From Candidatus Woesebacteria bacterium (GTDB taxonomy: Bacteria > Patescibacteriota > Microgenomatia > UBA8517): 64,000 nt of DNA. The DNA lies in contig OY970314.1 of the NCBI GenBank assembly GCA_963716475.1, positions 854,508 through 918,507 of the forward strand. The letters run 5' to 3'. The position numbers and the translations under genes are program-made. Of this stretch, positions 46,125-55,297 are shown in pieces. The notes beneath the pieces were generated by a model that saw only the letters and a program-made list of their open reading frames with translations, had not been told where the DNA came from and did no database searches. The stretch's first letter is position 1. Every line of letters begins with the position of its first letter.

Positions 46125-46881
46125 GCTTCAGGAAATTGCCAAAAAAGTCAGGCGCGACATGGTCGAAATGATCTATGAGGCAGGGAGCGGGCACCCGGGA
46201 GGATCTCTTAGTTCTGTGGAGATAATAGTTGCACTGTATTTTGGAATTTTAGGGGATAAAGACCGTTTTTTTCTATCCAATGGTCATGTTTGCCCGGCAC
46301 TTTATGCGGTTATGGCCGAAAAAGGGCTGATTGATAAAAATCTTTTATCAACCTACACCGAATTGGGTTCTCCCCTGCAGGGCCATCCCGAACGGACAAG
46401 ATTAAAGGGGATAGAAAACACTTCAGGGCCATTAGGGCTTGGTCTGGCCCAAGCGGCAGGTTATGCTGCGATCAAAAGGGACTCCTATATTTATTGCGAA
46501 ACGAGCGATGCGGAGCACGATGAAGGAAACCACTGGGAAGCGGTAATGTTTGCGGCAAAATATAAATTAAATAATTTAATTCAGATTATTGACAGAAACA
46601 GAATCCAAATAGAAGGAACCGTTGAAGAAATAATGCCTTTGGGGAATTTAATCGGCAGATACAAGTCCTTTAATTGGAATGTTCAGGAAATTGATGGCCA
46701 CAATTTTAACGAGATTTTTGAAGCAGTTGAAAGAGCCAAGAAAGAGTCCGAGAATCCTACCGTAATTGTTGCCAATACCCTTTTTGGCAGAGGCATAGGT
46801 TTTATGGAGAATAATCCCAATTGGCACGCAAAGGCACCAAATGAAGATGAATATAGAAAAGCAATGGAGGAACTTAAATGA
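46102..46881 (+). CDS. Transketolase, N-terminal subunit
   Basis: SGHPGGSLS, LSNGH, LQGHP, SGPLG, DGHN. Confidence 0.92.
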   Translation: MTKLSPSELQEIAKKVRRDMVEMIYEAGSGHPGGSLSSVEIIVALYFGILGDKDRFFLSNGHVCPALYAVMAEKGLIDKNLLSTYTELGSPLQGHPERTRLKGIENTSGPLGLGLAQAAGYAAIKRDSYIYCETSDAEHDEGNHWEAVMFAAKYKLNNLIQIIDRNRIQIEGTVEEIMPLGNLIGRYKSFNWNVQEIDGHNFNEIFEAVERAKKESENPTVIVANTLFGRGIGFMENNPNWHAKAPNEDEYRKAMEELK

Positions 46882-47828
46882 TTATGAAATCGATCCGTGA
46901 CGGCTTTGGAGAAGCCTTGGTTGAACTTGGAAATACAAACCCTAACGTTGTCGTTTTGACGGCGGATCTGGCTGACTCAACCAGGGTAAAAGATTTCGCA
47001 GATAAATTCCCGGACAGATTTTTCCAGGTTGGTGTAGCTGAACAGGGGCTTGTTACGATTGCTGCCGGAATGGCAGAAGCCGGAAAAATTCCGTTCACGA
47101 CTTCATATGCAGTTTTCTCCCCGGGAAGAACCTGGGAACAGATAAAAGTTACGGCCGCTCTTAATAATGTTCCGGTAAAGATAATCGGAGCTCACGCGGG
47201 ATTTGGTGCATCTATGTACGGGGCGACACACGAATCACTTGAAGATATTGCCCTGACACGTGTGATTCCAAACATGGTTGTGGTTTCTCCGTGTGACTTC
47301 CTTGAGACTAAAAAGGCGACAATGACTATTGCCGAAAACGGAAAGCCGGCTTACTTAAGACTTGCCAGACAGGACTCTCCAATATTAACAAAAATCGATT
47401 CGAAATTTGAGATTGGGAAAGCAAATATCTTAACCGAGTCAAAAAACCCAAATGTAATGATCGTAGGCACAGGTCCGATATTGGCAGAAGCTATTGACGC
47501 TGCGAAAGGATTAGAAGAAATAGGGATAGAATCCGTGGTTGTAAATCTTCATACTATTAAACCGATTGATGAACAAACATTAATTCATTTTGCAAAAATA
47601 GCCGGAGCGGTAGTTACTGTCGAAGAGCATCAGATTATGGGGGGAATGGGGAGTGCGGTTGCCGAAGTTTTAGCCAGAAATTTTCCGGTTCCGATGGAAT
47701 TTATTGGGGTAAAAGATTCTTTTGGAGAATCGGCAAAGGATTATAATGAACTCTGGGAGAAGTTTGGAATGAAAAAGGAAAATATAATTGAGGCAGTAAA
47801 GAAAGTTATTGCAAGGAAGAATATTTAG
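46878..47828 (+). CDS. Transketolase, C-terminal subunit
   Basis: GVAEQ, GATHESLED, VEEH, FGES. Confidence 0.92.
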   Translation: MIMKSIRDGFGEALVELGNTNPNVVVLTADLADSTRVKDFADKFPDRFFQVGVAEQGLVTIAAGMAEAGKIPFTTSYAVFSPGRTWEQIKVTAALNNVPVKIIGAHAGFGASMYGATHESLEDIALTRVIPNMVVVSPCDFLETKKATMTIAENGKPAYLRLARQDSPILTKIDSKFEIGKANILTESKNPNVMIVGTGPILAEAIDAAKGLEEIGIESVVVNLHTIKPIDEQTLIHFAKIAGAVVTVEEHQIMGGMGSAVAEVLARNFPVPMEFIGVKDSFGESAKDYNELWEKFGMKKENIIEAVKKVIARKNI

Positions 47829-47848
47829 GTGGAGGGGAGGTGAGAATA

Positions 47849-48106
47849 ATGGGAAATTTAAAAGTACAGAAGAAAGACGGAAGCACGGAAGACTTTGATC
47901 GGGCTAAAGTCAAAAACGGGATTCTTAGCTCGGGTGCAACGGAAGAACAGGCGGAAAGTGTTGCCATGCAAATAGAAAACTGGGCTCCTACTGCCGCCTC
48001 AAACGGGGTTATTAAAGCTCTGGATATCAAAACAAAGCTTTTGGAGCTACTGGGTGGACTCAATCCTGAAGCAAAAGCAACTTTTGAGAATTACAAGAAG
48101 ATATAA
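47849..48106 (+). CDS. Stand-alone ATP-cone protein
   Basis: VQKKDGSTEDFDRAKV; SD GGAGGTGA. Confidence 0.8.
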   Translation: MGNLKVQKKDGSTEDFDRAKVKNGILSSGATEEQAESVAMQIENWAPTAASNGVIKALDIKTKLLELLGGLNPEAKATFENYKKI

Positions 48107-48191
48107 TCTATTCTCCTTAAGATATTAGGAAGTTGGAGAGTTTGTTGTTGTGGCGGGCGGTGCAAAAGTTAGAAATTCGGTCTTCAATCTA

Positions 48192-48860
48192 TTACGGGCA
48201 GGGGGCAAAGGCACAATCAGGGCCAGTTCTTCCTACGGATGAGCCATCGGGACAAAGTTTGGCCTCCAGGGTGCAGGAGGTATTGCCCGGAAACTTAACA
48301 GAGATTTCAAAAGTCTTTAAGTTTGCAGGATCCCCACTCGGGTTATCATTTTGCAGGATTAGAAATCCCGACACAGCAGCGGTTTTAAAAGTCAGAGTTG
48401 CCATAAAATCCACAGGGTTGCCGCTTTGCCAGCTCCCTGCGACTTTTTCTTTAGCCTGTGCTTGGACTATTAATTTTTGATTGGAATCCACGAGTTTTAT
48501 GGGAAATGCCCCTTCAAACATCCAGCCGGCGGGCACGGAACCCGTAACTTTCAGGGGACTGGTGATTACCATGTTTGCCGAAGGTGAAGAAACCGTGGGT
48601 AATTCAGGATTCGGAGTGGGGGAAACGTAGATAATCGGGGATGTGGTAGGTTGTGGCTCCCTAGAGGCAAGCATATTTTTTAACTGTTGGTTTTGATAAT
48701 AGAGGAAGATAACTACACCTAACGCGAAGATGATAAAAATAGCCATGGCAAGAATGGAGATCCAATGGTTATCCTTTTCGACTCGCTCTGCTGATTCAGA
48801 ACCTGCGGCCTCTGGAGTTTCAGATAGTGGGGTGGAAACGTTTGGTGCTTGGGGATCCAT
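48192..48860 (-). CDS. Membrane-anchored Ig-like (Gmad2-like) protein with Cys tail
   Basis: SPLKVTG, WMFEGAFPI, DNPSG, CTLEAKLCPDGSSVGRTGPDC. Confidence 0.82.
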   Translation of the reverse strand: MDPQAPNVSTPLSETPEAAGSESAERVEKDNHWISILAMAIFIIFALGVVIFLYYQNQQLKNMLASREPQPTTSPIIYVSPTPNPELPTVSSPSANMVITSPLKVTGSVPAGWMFEGAFPIKLVDSNQKLIVQAQAKEKVAGSWQSGNPVDFMATLTFKTAAVSGFLILQNDNPSGDPANLKTFEISVKFPGNTSCTLEAKLCPDGSSVGRTGPDCAFAPCP

Positions 48861-48892
48861 ATAGAAATATTGTACACTAATCAAGAACTGCC

Positions 48893-49855
48893 ATGGAAGA
48901 AATAATTAAAAAACTGCTTGCACCCGGAAAAGGACTTCTTGCTGCCGATGAAAGCACTCATACTATCGAGAAAAGATTTGCCGCTTTAGGTCTAACCTCA
49001 ACCCCTGAACTCAATAAAAAATACAGAGAAATGCTTTTTACAACGCCAGGGATTGAAGAGTTTCTGGGAGGCGTAATTTTATTTGATGAGTCCGTAAGAC
49101 AAAATTTGCATAAAATTCTTGAGGAAAAAGGAATTGTCCCCGGAATTAAGGTTGACGGAGGACTAGAACCCTTCAATGGAGGAGAAGAACAGATTACGAA
49201 CGGGTTGGAAGGACTTGGTGATCGGCTAAAAGAATATTCGACGCTCGGTCTTAAATTTACCAAGTGGAGAGCTGCCATTAAGATATCGGATATTTTTCCA
49301 ACGGATGCTTTTTTGGAGGAGGACCTGAACAGGATGATAGAGTTTGCAAAGATTTCGGTGGAATTTGGATTTGTGCCGATCGTTGAGCCCGAGATTTTGC
49401 TTGACGGCCATCACACCACCACCCGCTGCGCCCAAATTTCCGTAAAAGTCTGGCAGATACTTTTTGAAAAATTGAGTACCGCAGGTATAGATATAAAGAA
49501 TGTGATTCTAAAGACAAATATGGTTCTTCCCGGTAAAGACAGTGGAATTAAAGCTGCGCCACTGGAAGTTGCCGAAGCTACACTAAGGTCTTTGAAAGAA
49601 TCGGTTCCGGGAGAGATCGGTGGAATCGTTTTTCTTTCCGGAGGACAAACCCCTGATGAGGCCACAAATAATTTGAATGAAATTGTAAAAAGAAAGGCTG
49701 ATGCTCCCTGGCCGCTTTCATTTTCGTTTTCCAGAGCGCTTCAGGAAGAAGCAATGAAAGAGTGGTCCGGAAAAGACGAAAATGTTGGATCCGCTCAGGA
49801 AGTATTCTTAAATAGGTTAATGAAGGTTTCAAAAGCCCGAAAGGGAGAACTCTGA
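48893..49855 (+). CDS. Fructose-bisphosphate aldolase, class I
   Basis: KGLLAADES, PGIKVD, KWR, PIVEPE, FLSGGQ, FSRALQ. Confidence 0.93.
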   Translation: MEEIIKKLLAPGKGLLAADESTHTIEKRFAALGLTSTPELNKKYREMLFTTPGIEEFLGGVILFDESVRQNLHKILEEKGIVPGIKVDGGLEPFNGGEEQITNGLEGLGDRLKEYSTLGLKFTKWRAAIKISDIFPTDAFLEEDLNRMIEFAKISVEFGFVPIVEPEILLDGHHTTTRCAQISVKVWQILFEKLSTAGIDIKNVILKTNMVLPGKDSGIKAAPLEVAEATLRSLKESVPGEIGGIVFLSGGQTPDEATNNLNEIVKRKADAPWPLSFSFSRALQEEAMKEWSGKDENVGSAQEVFLNRLMKVSKARKGEL

Positions 49856-50854
49856 ATGGAAAACTTTGATTTACTTAGTATTGGAGATGCAACAATAGAT
49901 ACTTTTATGACCCCTCTCGAGACGGAGACTCTTTGTACTATTGACAGAAAACAGTGTCTTATCGCGTTTAAATATGGTGATAAAATCCCTGTTAAAAATT
50001 TAGAATTTTCAATTGGAGGAAATGCTGCCAATAATGCTGTGGGAACAAGAAGGTTGGGAATTGCCTCCGCAATAGTTTTAACCCTAGGCCAGGATAGTGT
50101 GGGAGAAATGATAGTCACCCGTTTGAAAAATGAGGGAGTTGACCCGACCTATATAGTTCAACAGCCGGGAACCACTTCCAATTATTCAACAATAATTAAT
50201 TATTCAGGGGAAAGGACCATTTTTGTTTATCATGCCCCCAGAAGCTATGAATTTCCCGTTCAACTTCCTCTAGCTCCTTGGATTTATCTCACTTCAATGG
50301 GAGAAAGTTTTAGGCCTTTTTACAATCACTTTATCGAGTGGCTGAAGAAAAACCCTTCGATTAAAATGGTGTTTAATCCGGGTAGTTGGCAGCTAAGAGC
50401 GGGGCTAACCGCAATACAGGAAGTAATGAACTTAACTTACTTGATCTATGTAAATAGGGAGGAGGCGGAAAAATTAACCAATTTTGGGCAGTCCTCCGGG
50501 CGCGAGAGGGATCTTTTAATTGCACTTAACAAGATCGGTCCTAAGGTCTGTGTGATAACCGACGGAGGGAGCGGGTCTTTTGCGTACGACAGCATTAACG
50601 GGAGATTTCTAAAGTCAGGAGTCCTTCCAGTAGACCCATATGAGAGGACAGGTGCAGGGGACGCCTTTGGGAGCGGGGCTCTTTCTGCCTTAATTCACGG
50701 GAAACCTCTCGATGAAGCTCTACTTTGGGGAACCTGCAATTCGGCTTCGGTAATCGGCTATACCGGGAGCCAAAAGGGACTTTTAAAACTTGATGAAATT
50801 GATTCCTGGCTGGCAAGATGTAAAAGCAGTGGGGTAAGTGTTGTACAATTTTAA
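49856..50854 (+). CDS. PfkB family carbohydrate kinase
   Basis: GGNAAN, NREEA, RTGAGDAFGSG. Confidence 0.9.
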   Translation: MENFDLLSIGDATIDTFMTPLETETLCTIDRKQCLIAFKYGDKIPVKNLEFSIGGNAANNAVGTRRLGIASAIVLTLGQDSVGEMIVTRLKNEGVDPTYIVQQPGTTSNYSTIINYSGERTIFVYHAPRSYEFPVQLPLAPWIYLTSMGESFRPFYNHFIEWLKKNPSIKMVFNPGSWQLRAGLTAIQEVMNLTYLIYVNREEAEKLTNFGQSSGRERDLLIALNKIGPKVCVITDGGSGSFAYDSINGRFLKSGVLPVDPYERTGAGDAFGSGALSALIHGKPLDEALLWGTCNSASVIGYTGSQKGLLKLDEIDSWLARCKSSGVSVVQF

Positions 50855-50923
50855 TTGAATAAGCAAAGCTTGGCTCTGAGCTAAAGCGAAGCTTGTGATA
50901 CGAGTGAGGAGACTAATAATATC

Positions 50924-51931
50924 ATGAAAATCTTTGTTACCAGAAAGATACCGGGGGACAGTTTGGAAAGGCTTAGGAACGATGGGCATGAAGTTAATGT
51001 CTCCGATCTCGATAGGCCTCTAACACCGGAAGAGCTTCTGGAAAAATCAAAAGGAGTGGACGCACTTCTTTCGCTTCTGACTGACCGTATCGACGCCGAT
51101 TTAATGGACGCGATCGGGCCGCAACTCAGGATAATAAGCAACTATGCTGTAGGCTTTGATAATGTTGACATTAAAGCCGCGGGAGATCGGGGGGTGATTG
51201 TGACTAACACCCCAAGCGATGAAGTGAACGAAGCCGTTGCGGAACATACTTGGGCTTTAATTCTTGCTCTGGCCAGAAGGGTTGTTGAATCCGATGAATT
51301 TGTCAGAAACCAGGGTTATTTTGCCGGCTCCGGTGGATATAGGGGTTGGGAGCCAGAACTATTTCTTGGCCCTTCTGTGAAGGGTAAAACCCTAGGAATA
51401 ATAGGCTTGGGTAGAATCGGTTCGATGGTTGCCAGGCGCGCTAAAGGGTATGAGCTCACGGTTCTTTATAATAAGCACGAGCCGGACCCTCAGGCGGAGA
51501 GTGAGCTCGGATTAAAATTTGTTACTCTTAACGATCTTTTGGCCGCGTCGGACTTTGTAACACTACACGTTCCTCTGACTGACCAAACCCGGGGAATGAT
51601 CAATAAAGACACTTTGGGCAAAATGAAGCAGGGGTCTTATTTGGTTAATACCGCAAGAGGTCCGATAGTTGATGAAGGCGATTTGATAGATTCCTTGGAG
51701 GGCGGTAGATTAGCAGGAGCAGCTTTGGATGTATTTGAAAGCGAACCGGATATTAACCCAAAGCTTATAGCAATGCCTAATGTTATTATGACTCCGCATA
51801 TTGCTTCGGCAACATTTGAAGCGAGGCAGAAAATGGGAGAACAGGCGGTAGATGCTATTCTTGATGTCGTGAACGGTACTAAACCCCAAAATATGGTTGA
51901 CGAAAAAATTTGGGATACCAGGAGAAAATAA
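50924..51931 (+). CDS. D-2-hydroxyacid (glyoxylate/hydroxypyruvate) reductase
   Basis: AVGFDNVD, GLGRIG, NTARG, LDVFESEP, PHIASAT. Confidence 0.92.
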   Translation: MKIFVTRKIPGDSLERLRNDGHEVNVSDLDRPLTPEELLEKSKGVDALLSLLTDRIDADLMDAIGPQLRIISNYAVGFDNVDIKAAGDRGVIVTNTPSDEVNEAVAEHTWALILALARRVVESDEFVRNQGYFAGSGGYRGWEPELFLGPSVKGKTLGIIGLGRIGSMVARRAKGYELTVLYNKHEPDPQAESELGLKFVTLNDLLAASDFVTLHVPLTDQTRGMINKDTLGKMKQGSYLVNTARGPIVDEGDLIDSLEGGRLAGAALDVFESEPDINPKLIAMPNVIMTPHIASATFEARQKMGEQAVDAILDVVNGTKPQNMVDEKIWDTRRK

Positions 51932-51957
51932 ATACCTCTTTTACTGAAAATATAAAT

Positions 51958-52284
51958 ATGGCGCTTTTTGGAAGAAATAAAGACGAGGAGTATGAAGATG
52001 AAGACGAATTTGATGAGGAGGACGACAGGGGGAATAGAAGACTTACAAAAAAGTTCCGCGATCTAAATCCTAAAAACAAAAAAAAGAGAAAAGAACCTCC
52101 TAAGCCTTGGGGTAAAAGGGAAAGAATAATTGTTCTCGTTATTCTTCTTATAACCGTAATTATTTCGGCAATTCTTGCTATTGGAGCAGGAAGTAAACAT
52201 TCATTTCGATTTAGTTTGCCGAAGTTTGATATAAACTCTTTGAATATCTTTAAAGAAAAAACTATAATAGTCGGGAAGAACTAA
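51958..52284 (+). CDS. Hypothetical single-pass membrane protein
   Basis: Acidic/basic N-terminus, KPWGKRER then TM helix. Confidence 0.7.
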   Translation: MALFGRNKDEEYEDEDEFDEEDDRGNRRLTKKFRDLNPKNKKKRKEPPKPWGKRERIIVLVILLITVIISAILAIGAGSKHSFRFSLPKFDINSLNIFKEKTIIVGKN

Positions 52285-52285
52285 C

Positions 52286-52951
52286 GTGAAGAAACTTTCA
52301 TCACCTTTTGACTTAATTAAAAAAGCAGTTGATATCTTTGTAAAAAAGGAAAATCTTCTTTTTCTGGTCAAAATTTACATACCGGTAGCGGTTTTTTCTG
52401 TAATATCCATTGCCCAGTCATTTTTACCCTCCTCAATTAAAGATTCAAACTCGATCTGGCTGACAGTCGTGGTAGGGATACTTCAAATACTTTCTCTTCT
52501 AACGGGCGTATTTGTTACCGTGTCGGGGATAATTGCCTTGGGGAAGATTGCGGACGGTGGTGAATTGTCACAGGAAAAGACTTACAAAGCTGCCTGGAAA
52601 AAATACTGGGTGTTACTACTTTTAGGAATTGTTCTTAGTTTTGCTTATTTAATCGGTTTTATACTCCTTATTATCCCGGGGATTCTCTTTGTCGTCTGGT
52701 TTGCCTTTAGCCGGTTTTTGGCGGTTGAAAGGGGCTTGGGCATTAAGGAGGCATTATTGAAAAGCAAGGAACTGGTAAAAGGAGCTTACTGGAAAATACT
52801 CGGAAGACTTATCGTTTTTGGTGCTTTTACAGCAATTGTCGAAGTGGTTTTAAGTGCACTCCCTTACGGTGTGGGGTCAATTTTGGCGAGTCTTGGCGGA
52901 GGACTTTTTATGCTTCCTTCGTATCTTCTATATAGGGAACTTAGCGCCTAA
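52286..52951 (+). CDS. Membrane protein
   Basis: GFILLIIPGI, ALLKSKELVKG motif. Confidence 0.8.
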   Translation: MKKLSSPFDLIKKAVDIFVKKENLLFLVKIYIPVAVFSVISIAQSFLPSSIKDSNSIWLTVVVGILQILSLLTGVFVTVSGIIALGKIADGGELSQEKTYKAAWKKYWVLLLLGIVLSFAYLIGFILLIIPGILFVVWFAFSRFLAVERGLGIKEALLKSKELVKGAYWKILGRLIVFGAFTAIVEVVLSALPYGVGSILASLGGGLFMLPSYLLYRELSA

Positions 52952-55250
52952 GCTTTGTTGAAGCTCCATTTGGAAGGATCGGATTGGGATTTGAGATAGG
53001 TGACGGAGAAGGCACGGGTTGGCAATAATTTGGCAGAATATCTTCCTTCAGGAACCACTCACTCTTGCCCGGACAATTAATCTTTACTACTCCATCAGGC
53101 ACCTTCCAATCAATGGAGGGTTTATCGTTTAGGATCGCCGACATAATTTTATTCCAAATGGGGGAGGCCCCAGTCACCCCCGAGGCAATACGGCTCATGG
53201 GTGAGTTGTCGTTATTGCCGACCCATGTAACTACGAGATAATCCTGGTTATATCCGGCAGTCCAGTTATCCCTTAAATCATTACTGGTTCCAGTTTTAAC
53301 GGCGACTTCGGGGTGATTCTTAATAACCAGATAGGAATTAAACCCAAATTCCGGGGCGCGGGCGTTATTGTCTTTCAAGATATCAGTCAGAATAAAAGCA
53401 ACTCTGGGATCGATGGTTTCGGTAGTTACGGGAGTGTTTTTTTCCAAAACCCTGCCCTTATAGTCTTTTACCGACAGAATTGGAAGTAGGTCAGGGCGCT
53501 TGCCGTAATTTGCTACCGTCGAGTAAACTTTCGATAAATCGAGCGCTGTAACGGCACCTCCGCCAAGAGTTAGTGACAAGCCATAATTGGAAGGATCTGT
53601 CCAAGTCGTAATCCCCATTTTTTGTCCCTGATCGACCATTTTGGTAACACCATATGAAGCTAATACTTTGACTGCCGGTATATTGCGGCTTTGGGCTAGT
53701 GCACTTCTGAGGGGAATTGGCCCTCTATATTGACCGTCATAATTGACAGGCGTATACGGTGTTGTACCGGGAGTTACATATGTAATCGGAGAATCGTCAA
53801 TTATAGTCGCAGGAGTGTAACCATTTGCGAGAGCGTAAGCATAATTAACCACTTTAATGGATGAGCCGGGTTGCCTGACGCTTGTGGTTACATTAACGTT
53901 TCCGTCTTCCGCGATGTCAAAATAATTTTTTGATCCGACCATGGCTAGAATTTCGCCGGTCTGTGGGGCAACCACAAGGGCATCACCATTTCCCACATGT
54001 AGCCCTTGAAGTTTTGCGACTTCGGATTGGACAACCTGCTCGGCAGTTTCCTGTATGGGAAGGTCGAGACTTGTGGTGACTTCCAATCCTCCCTTTTCAA
54101 CCATATCCTCGCCGTATTTATCGACCAAAAGCTGTCTAACATACATGACAAAATGAGGGGCTTTTATAGCGGTTTTATTAGCTATAAAAGTTAATTTTTC
54201 GTTTGCTGCCGTTTTTTCCTGTTCGGCGGTGATAAATTTATTAATCTCCATTAGGTGTAATACTTCTTTCTGCCTTTCTATTGCAAGATCGGGACTTGAA
54301 CCGAATGGGGAATATGTAGTCGGACTTTTGGGTAGACCCGCAAGAAGTGCAGCTTCTGCCAAATCGAGGCTTTTCACATCTTTCCCAAAATATGATTCTG
54401 AGGCTTCCTGAATTCCATATGCGGTTCCTCCGTAACTTACTTCATTAAGATACATTTCCAAAATTTGGTCTTTGGTATAATTTGCCTCGACCTCAACGGA
54501 TAAAACCAATTCCTTGATCTTGCGGGTTATTGTTTTTTCCGGGGTAAGAAGGGTGTTTTTAACGAGCTGCTGAGTTATGGTGGAGCCGCCCTGGACGGAT
54601 CCTGTTTGCAGGTCTTGAATAAAGGCCCTGAAAATTCCCTTAATGGAAAATCCCGGGTGTGAATAAAATTCAGCATCCTCGGCGGCGAGGGTGGCTAGCC
54701 TGACATGTATCGGAATTTGTGTCAGGGGAACAATGCTTCGATTTTGGTCTTTATAGATTTTATATAGGAGATTGCCGTTTCTGTCGTAGATTTTGGTGGA
54801 AACTTCCGGTTGTCTCGCCTCAAGTTCTTTGGGGGAGGGAAGACCCTTGAAAATGGCAAAATAAGAATAAAAGATTAAGGAACCGACTACCAAAGTTATG
54901 ACAATTAGCCTAAAACCAACCTTAATTCGGAGTTCTTGTAAACGGGTGAGTTTTTTGAGGAAGAATTTTTTAAATTTAGATAAAATTTTCAGCTCAAATA
55001 GAGAGATTTTGAGTTTTTCAAGTTTTAATGACGGTTGAATTTTAGGCAGTCGGAGTTTGGGAAGAGTTATGGTCGGAAATTTTATTTTGGGAAGGCCAAA
55101 ATATTTATAGACAATCTTTGTTTTTTTTCGCTTTTTACTGGTTTGGCCGACCACATAGAGGAATAAAGTCACACCGAGGGTCAATCGGGACAGGATAAAA
55201 TAAATTGGCTTGCCGGTTAAGATCAATACACGCTTGATAGCTTTGATCAT
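52941..55250 (-). CDS. Class A penicillin-binding protein
   Basis: AEDAEFY, GGSTITQQL, RQPGSSIK, SRN, KTGT. Confidence 0.95.
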   Translation of the reverse strand: MIKAIKRVLILTGKPIYFILSRLTLGVTLFLYVVGQTSKKRKKTKIVYKYFGLPKIKFPTITLPKLRLPKIQPSLKLEKLKISLFELKILSKFKKFFLKKLTRLQELRIKVGFRLIVITLVVGSLIFYSYFAIFKGLPSPKELEARQPEVSTKIYDRNGNLLYKIYKDQNRSIVPLTQIPIHVRLATLAAEDAEFYSHPGFSIKGIFRAFIQDLQTGSVQGGSTITQQLVKNTLLTPEKTITRKIKELVLSVEVEANYTKDQILEMYLNEVSYGGTAYGIQEASESYFGKDVKSLDLAEAALLAGLPKSPTTYSPFGSSPDLAIERQKEVLHLMEINKFITAEQEKTAANEKLTFIANKTAIKAPHFVMYVRQLLVDKYGEDMVEKGGLEVTTSLDLPIQETAEQVVQSEVAKLQGLHVGNGDALVVAPQTGEILAMVGSKNYFDIAEDGNVNVTTSVRQPGSSIKVVNYAYALANGYTPATIIDDSPITYVTPGTTPYTPVNYDGQYRGPIPLRSALAQSRNIPAVKVLASYGVTKMVDQGQKMGITTWTDPSNYGLSLTLGGGAVTALDLSKVYSTVANYGKRPDLLPILSVKDYKGRVLEKNTPVTTETIDPRVAFILTDILKDNNARAPEFGFNSYLVIKNHPEVAVKTGTSNDLRDNWTAGYNQDYLVVTWVGNNDNSPMSRIASGVTGASPIWNKIMSAILNDKPSIDWKVPDGVVKINCPGKSEWFLKEDILPNYCQPVPSPSPISNPNPILPNGASTKLRR

Positions 55251-55297
55251 TTAGCTGCGAATTGTAGCAGTAAACCAGGGGGAAAGACAGCCTAAAG

